From NCBI GenBank assembly GCA_004356455.1, contig SMWZ01000029.1, positions 12,897 to 76,896 on the forward strand: DNA of 64,000 nt, read 5' to 3'. The translations under genes and the position numbers were made by a program. The DNA comes from Deltaproteobacteria bacterium (GTDB lineage Bacteria > Myxococcota_A > UBA9160 > SZUA-336). Each line of letters begins with the position of its first letter. Position 1 is the stretch's first letter. Positions 61,960-64,000 of the stretch are shown here, in pieces. Below the pieces are notes generated by a model. That model was given only the letters and a program-made list of their open reading frames with translations. It was not told the DNA's origin and ran no database searches.

Positions 61960-63260
61960 GAACCACCTCCCCCCGTGCCGCGCAGGCGCGGAAAGGTCTC
62001 CTGCCCGATCTCGAGCCCGAGCAGTCGGCGCCGGACCCAGTCCAGGGCCAGCTGGCTGGCCAGGAGCTTGTTACGGGTACGGTCGCGCATGAGCTGGTAA
62101 CGACGGACCACAGTCCCTTCTGCATCGGAGAGCGCGACGCACACCGTACCCACAGGCTTCTCCGGGCTGCCGCCGCCAGGTCCCGCGATGCCGGTCGTGG
62201 CCAGCCCGAGGTCGGTGCCCGCGCGCCGTCGCACCCCCTCCGCCATCTGCTGGGCCACGGGCTCCGAGACGGCGCCGTGCGCCTTAAGGTCCGCGGCCGA
62301 CACACCGAGCTCGCGCACCTTAGACTCGTCGGCGTAGCTCACCACGGCCTCGACCAGATACTGCGAGCTGCCCGGAACGTCGGTGATGCGACTGGTCAAG
62401 AGCCCGCCCGTGCAGGACTCGGCCACGGCCAGGGTAAGGTGCCGCTCGCGCAGCAGCTCGCCCACGATCTCCTCGAGCGGGCGCTCTCCCTCGCCCAGCA
62501 CAAGCTCGCCGAGCTTCGCGTGGATGCGGTCGACTACGTCGCGCAGCTTCTTCTCCGCCTCGGCCTCATCGGCCGCACGCACAAGCACCCGCACCAGATT
62601 GTCCGGGAACTGCGTGCGAAATCCGAGCGTCACGTCGGGATCGCTGCGCGCCAGATCCCGCAGCTCGTGATCGAGCGTAGACTCCCCGAGGCCGAAGGTG
62701 CGCAGCAGCAGCGCCCTCACCACGCCTCCGCGGCCGAGCTGCGCCTCGATGCGCGGCAGGATCTCCTCGTCGGTCATGCGCTGGAGCTCGCGCGGAACCC
62801 CGGGCGTGAAGAAGAGCAGCGCGCCCTCCGCCTGTAGCATGAATCCGGGCGCGGTGCCGAGCGGGTTGGGGAGCACCTCGGCACCCTCCGGGAAATCCGC
62901 CTGCTTGGCGTTGTTCGCGGCCATCTCGCGCCCGAGCGAGTGGAAGAAGGCGCGGATCTCCTTGAGCACCACCGCGTCGCGCAGCAGGCGTCGGCCGAAC
63001 GCGCGCGCAGCAACCTCGGTGGTGATGTCGTCGCGGGTTGGCCCCAGGCCCCCCGAGACCAGCACGACGCGCGCGCGGGACGCGGCCTCGCGTAGCACCT
63101 CCTCGATCGCGGCCGGGTCGTCCGGCACGGACACGTGGCGGGCGCTCTCCAGATCCAGCCGCAGCAAGCGGTCGGAGAAGAACGACTTGTTCGAGTCGAC
63201 GATCTCGCCCCGCAAGAGCTCATCGCCGATCGTGACGATCCACGCGTCCGCTCGCGTCAC
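61956..63260 (-). CDS. cinA: competence/damage-inducible protein CinA (MocF/MoeA-like N-domain plus CinA C-domain)
   Basis: IVTIGDELLRGEIVDSN N-terminus. C-terminal CinA domain. 4-nt overlaps with both neighbours. Confidence 0.85.
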   Translation of the reverse strand: MTRADAWIVTIGDELLRGEIVDSNKSFFSDRLLRLDLESARHVSVPDDPAAIEEVLREAASRARVVLVSGGLGPTRDDITTEVAARAFGRRLLRDAVVLKEIRAFFHSLGREMAANNAKQADFPEGAEVLPNPLGTAPGFMLQAEGALLFFTPGVPRELQRMTDEEILPRIEAQLGRGGVVRALLLRTFGLGESTLDHELRDLARSDPDVTLGFRTQFPDNLVRVLVRAADEAEAEKKLRDVVDRIHAKLGELVLGEGERPLEEIVGELLRERHLTLAVAESCTGGLLTSRITDVPGSSQYLVEAVVSYADESKVRELGVSAADLKAHGAVSEPVAQQMAEGVRRRAGTDLGLATTGIAGPGGGSPEKPVGTVCVALSDAEGTVVRRYQLMRDRTRNKLLASQLALDWVRRRLLGLEIGQETFPRLRGTGGGGS

Positions 63261-63721
63261 CCGAGCCCCCCCGGCAGGACCACACGCCAGAGCAGCTGTC
63301 CCACGACGTTGGCGTAGAGGCCCGCCACCAGGTCGTCGGTCATCACGCCCAGCCCACCGGGCAGGGACTCGGCGGCGCGCGCGGGGGGAGGCTTGGTGAT
63401 GTCGAACACACGAAACAGCAGAAAAGCCACCACCACCACATCGAGTCGACAGGGCAGAAACGCCAGCGACAGCAGCATCCCCGCGACCTCGTCAATCGTG
63501 ATCCGGCCATCGTCGTGCTGGCCAAAGAGGCGCTCGGCGCGCCCGGCCGCCCACACGCCCAGGACCGCGATGCCGCCCACGACCGCCACGTAGGTCGCCC
63601 CGCCCAGGCCCGCTAGCGGCAGGTAGAGAAGCAGCCCCACACCCGAGCCTACCGTGCCCGGAGCGATGGGCGAGTAGCCGGAGCCGGCTCCGGTGGCCAC
63701 GAAGAGAACCAATTTTCTCAT
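63257..63721 (-). CDS. pgpA: phosphatidylglycerophosphatase A
   Basis: FVATGAGSGYSPIAPGTVGS…ITIDEVAGM conserved PgpA motifs. Confidence 0.85.
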   Translation of the reverse strand: MRKLVLFVATGAGSGYSPIAPGTVGSGVGLLLYLPLAGLGGATYVAVVGGIAVLGVWAAGRAERLFGQHDDGRITIDEVAGMLLSLAFLPCRLDVVVVAFLLFRVFDITKPPPARAAESLPGGLGVMTDDLVAGLYANVVGQLLWRVVLPGGLG

Positions 63722-63938
63722 TAGATTTCAGGGGTTTCCGCCGATTCCGCCGGTTGTTCCGAGCCTAGGTCCCCTCTCCCCCGCCTGTCAAGAAAGCGAA
63801 AAAAAACCGAAAAAGCTAGCCCGGCCGCGCGCGCGGTGCCCAGCGTCCACGACCGGGCTGAGCCTTCTCAAGCCGCCCCCTGCAGCAGCCGATGCGCGTC
63901 GCGAGGGACCTTTACGCCCGGGTGTAGCTGCATGACTG

Positions 63939-64000
63939 AGGCAAGCCTCGAGCAGGAGACCGCGTCTCCGCTGCTCCTCGAGCTGGCACGCGCGCTGCGC
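63939..64000 (+). CDS. start of an unidentified CDS running off the window
   Basis: ATG at 63939 followed by open frame MTEASLEQETASPLLLELARAL…, divergent from pgpA. Confidence 0.25.

Overview
This is a high-GC (~68-70%) bacterial chromosomal window, Myxococcota/deltaproteobacteria-like in codon usage and gene content. It is densely coded on both strands.

Main contents, in order:
- A heavy-metal-efflux RND operon (outer membrane factor, adaptor, CusA/CzcA-family pump) is preceded by a small secreted Cys/His protein.
- Next comes a metabolic block: LLM oxidoreductase, acyl-CoA synthetase, an amidase-rpiB-thioesterase operon, class I aldolase, pyruvate kinase, sulfite reductase, two crotonases, an NSS transporter, a TPP enzyme, and an SDR.
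- Two gene-decay patches follow: a fragmented sulfatase-like gene and a fragmented beta-propeller/TSP3 gene. A CrtW/desaturase-like gene with an in-frame amber codon sits next to a low-GC patch.
- An RRM RNA-binding protein gene with a long leader is coupled to a Zn-ribbon repeat protein.
- Further genes: two divergent MFS transporters, PhyH, a GH1 beta-glucosidase, a highly charged secreted tandem-repeat protein, an alkyltransferase-like (ATL) DNA-damage protein, Mrp/ApbC, a cupin, and an NPP phosphodiesterase.
- A cluster of small envelope/Zn-ribbon proteins follows.
- After that is a long housekeeping stretch: efp, mpl, ldcA, dnaB, rplI, rpsR, rpsF, hppA, pth, rplY, prs, tRNA-Gln, ispE, pgsA-like, bamD, alaS, pilT, recA, thpR, cinA, pgpA.

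The most unusual signal is a family of MITE-like elements with ~24-bp terminal inverted repeats ending in CTAG. Two full copies lie in opposite orientation around the DUF1844-bamD block, and a solo terminus abuts the efflux pump stop codon.

No CRISPR array, rRNA, integrase or transposase gene was seen.
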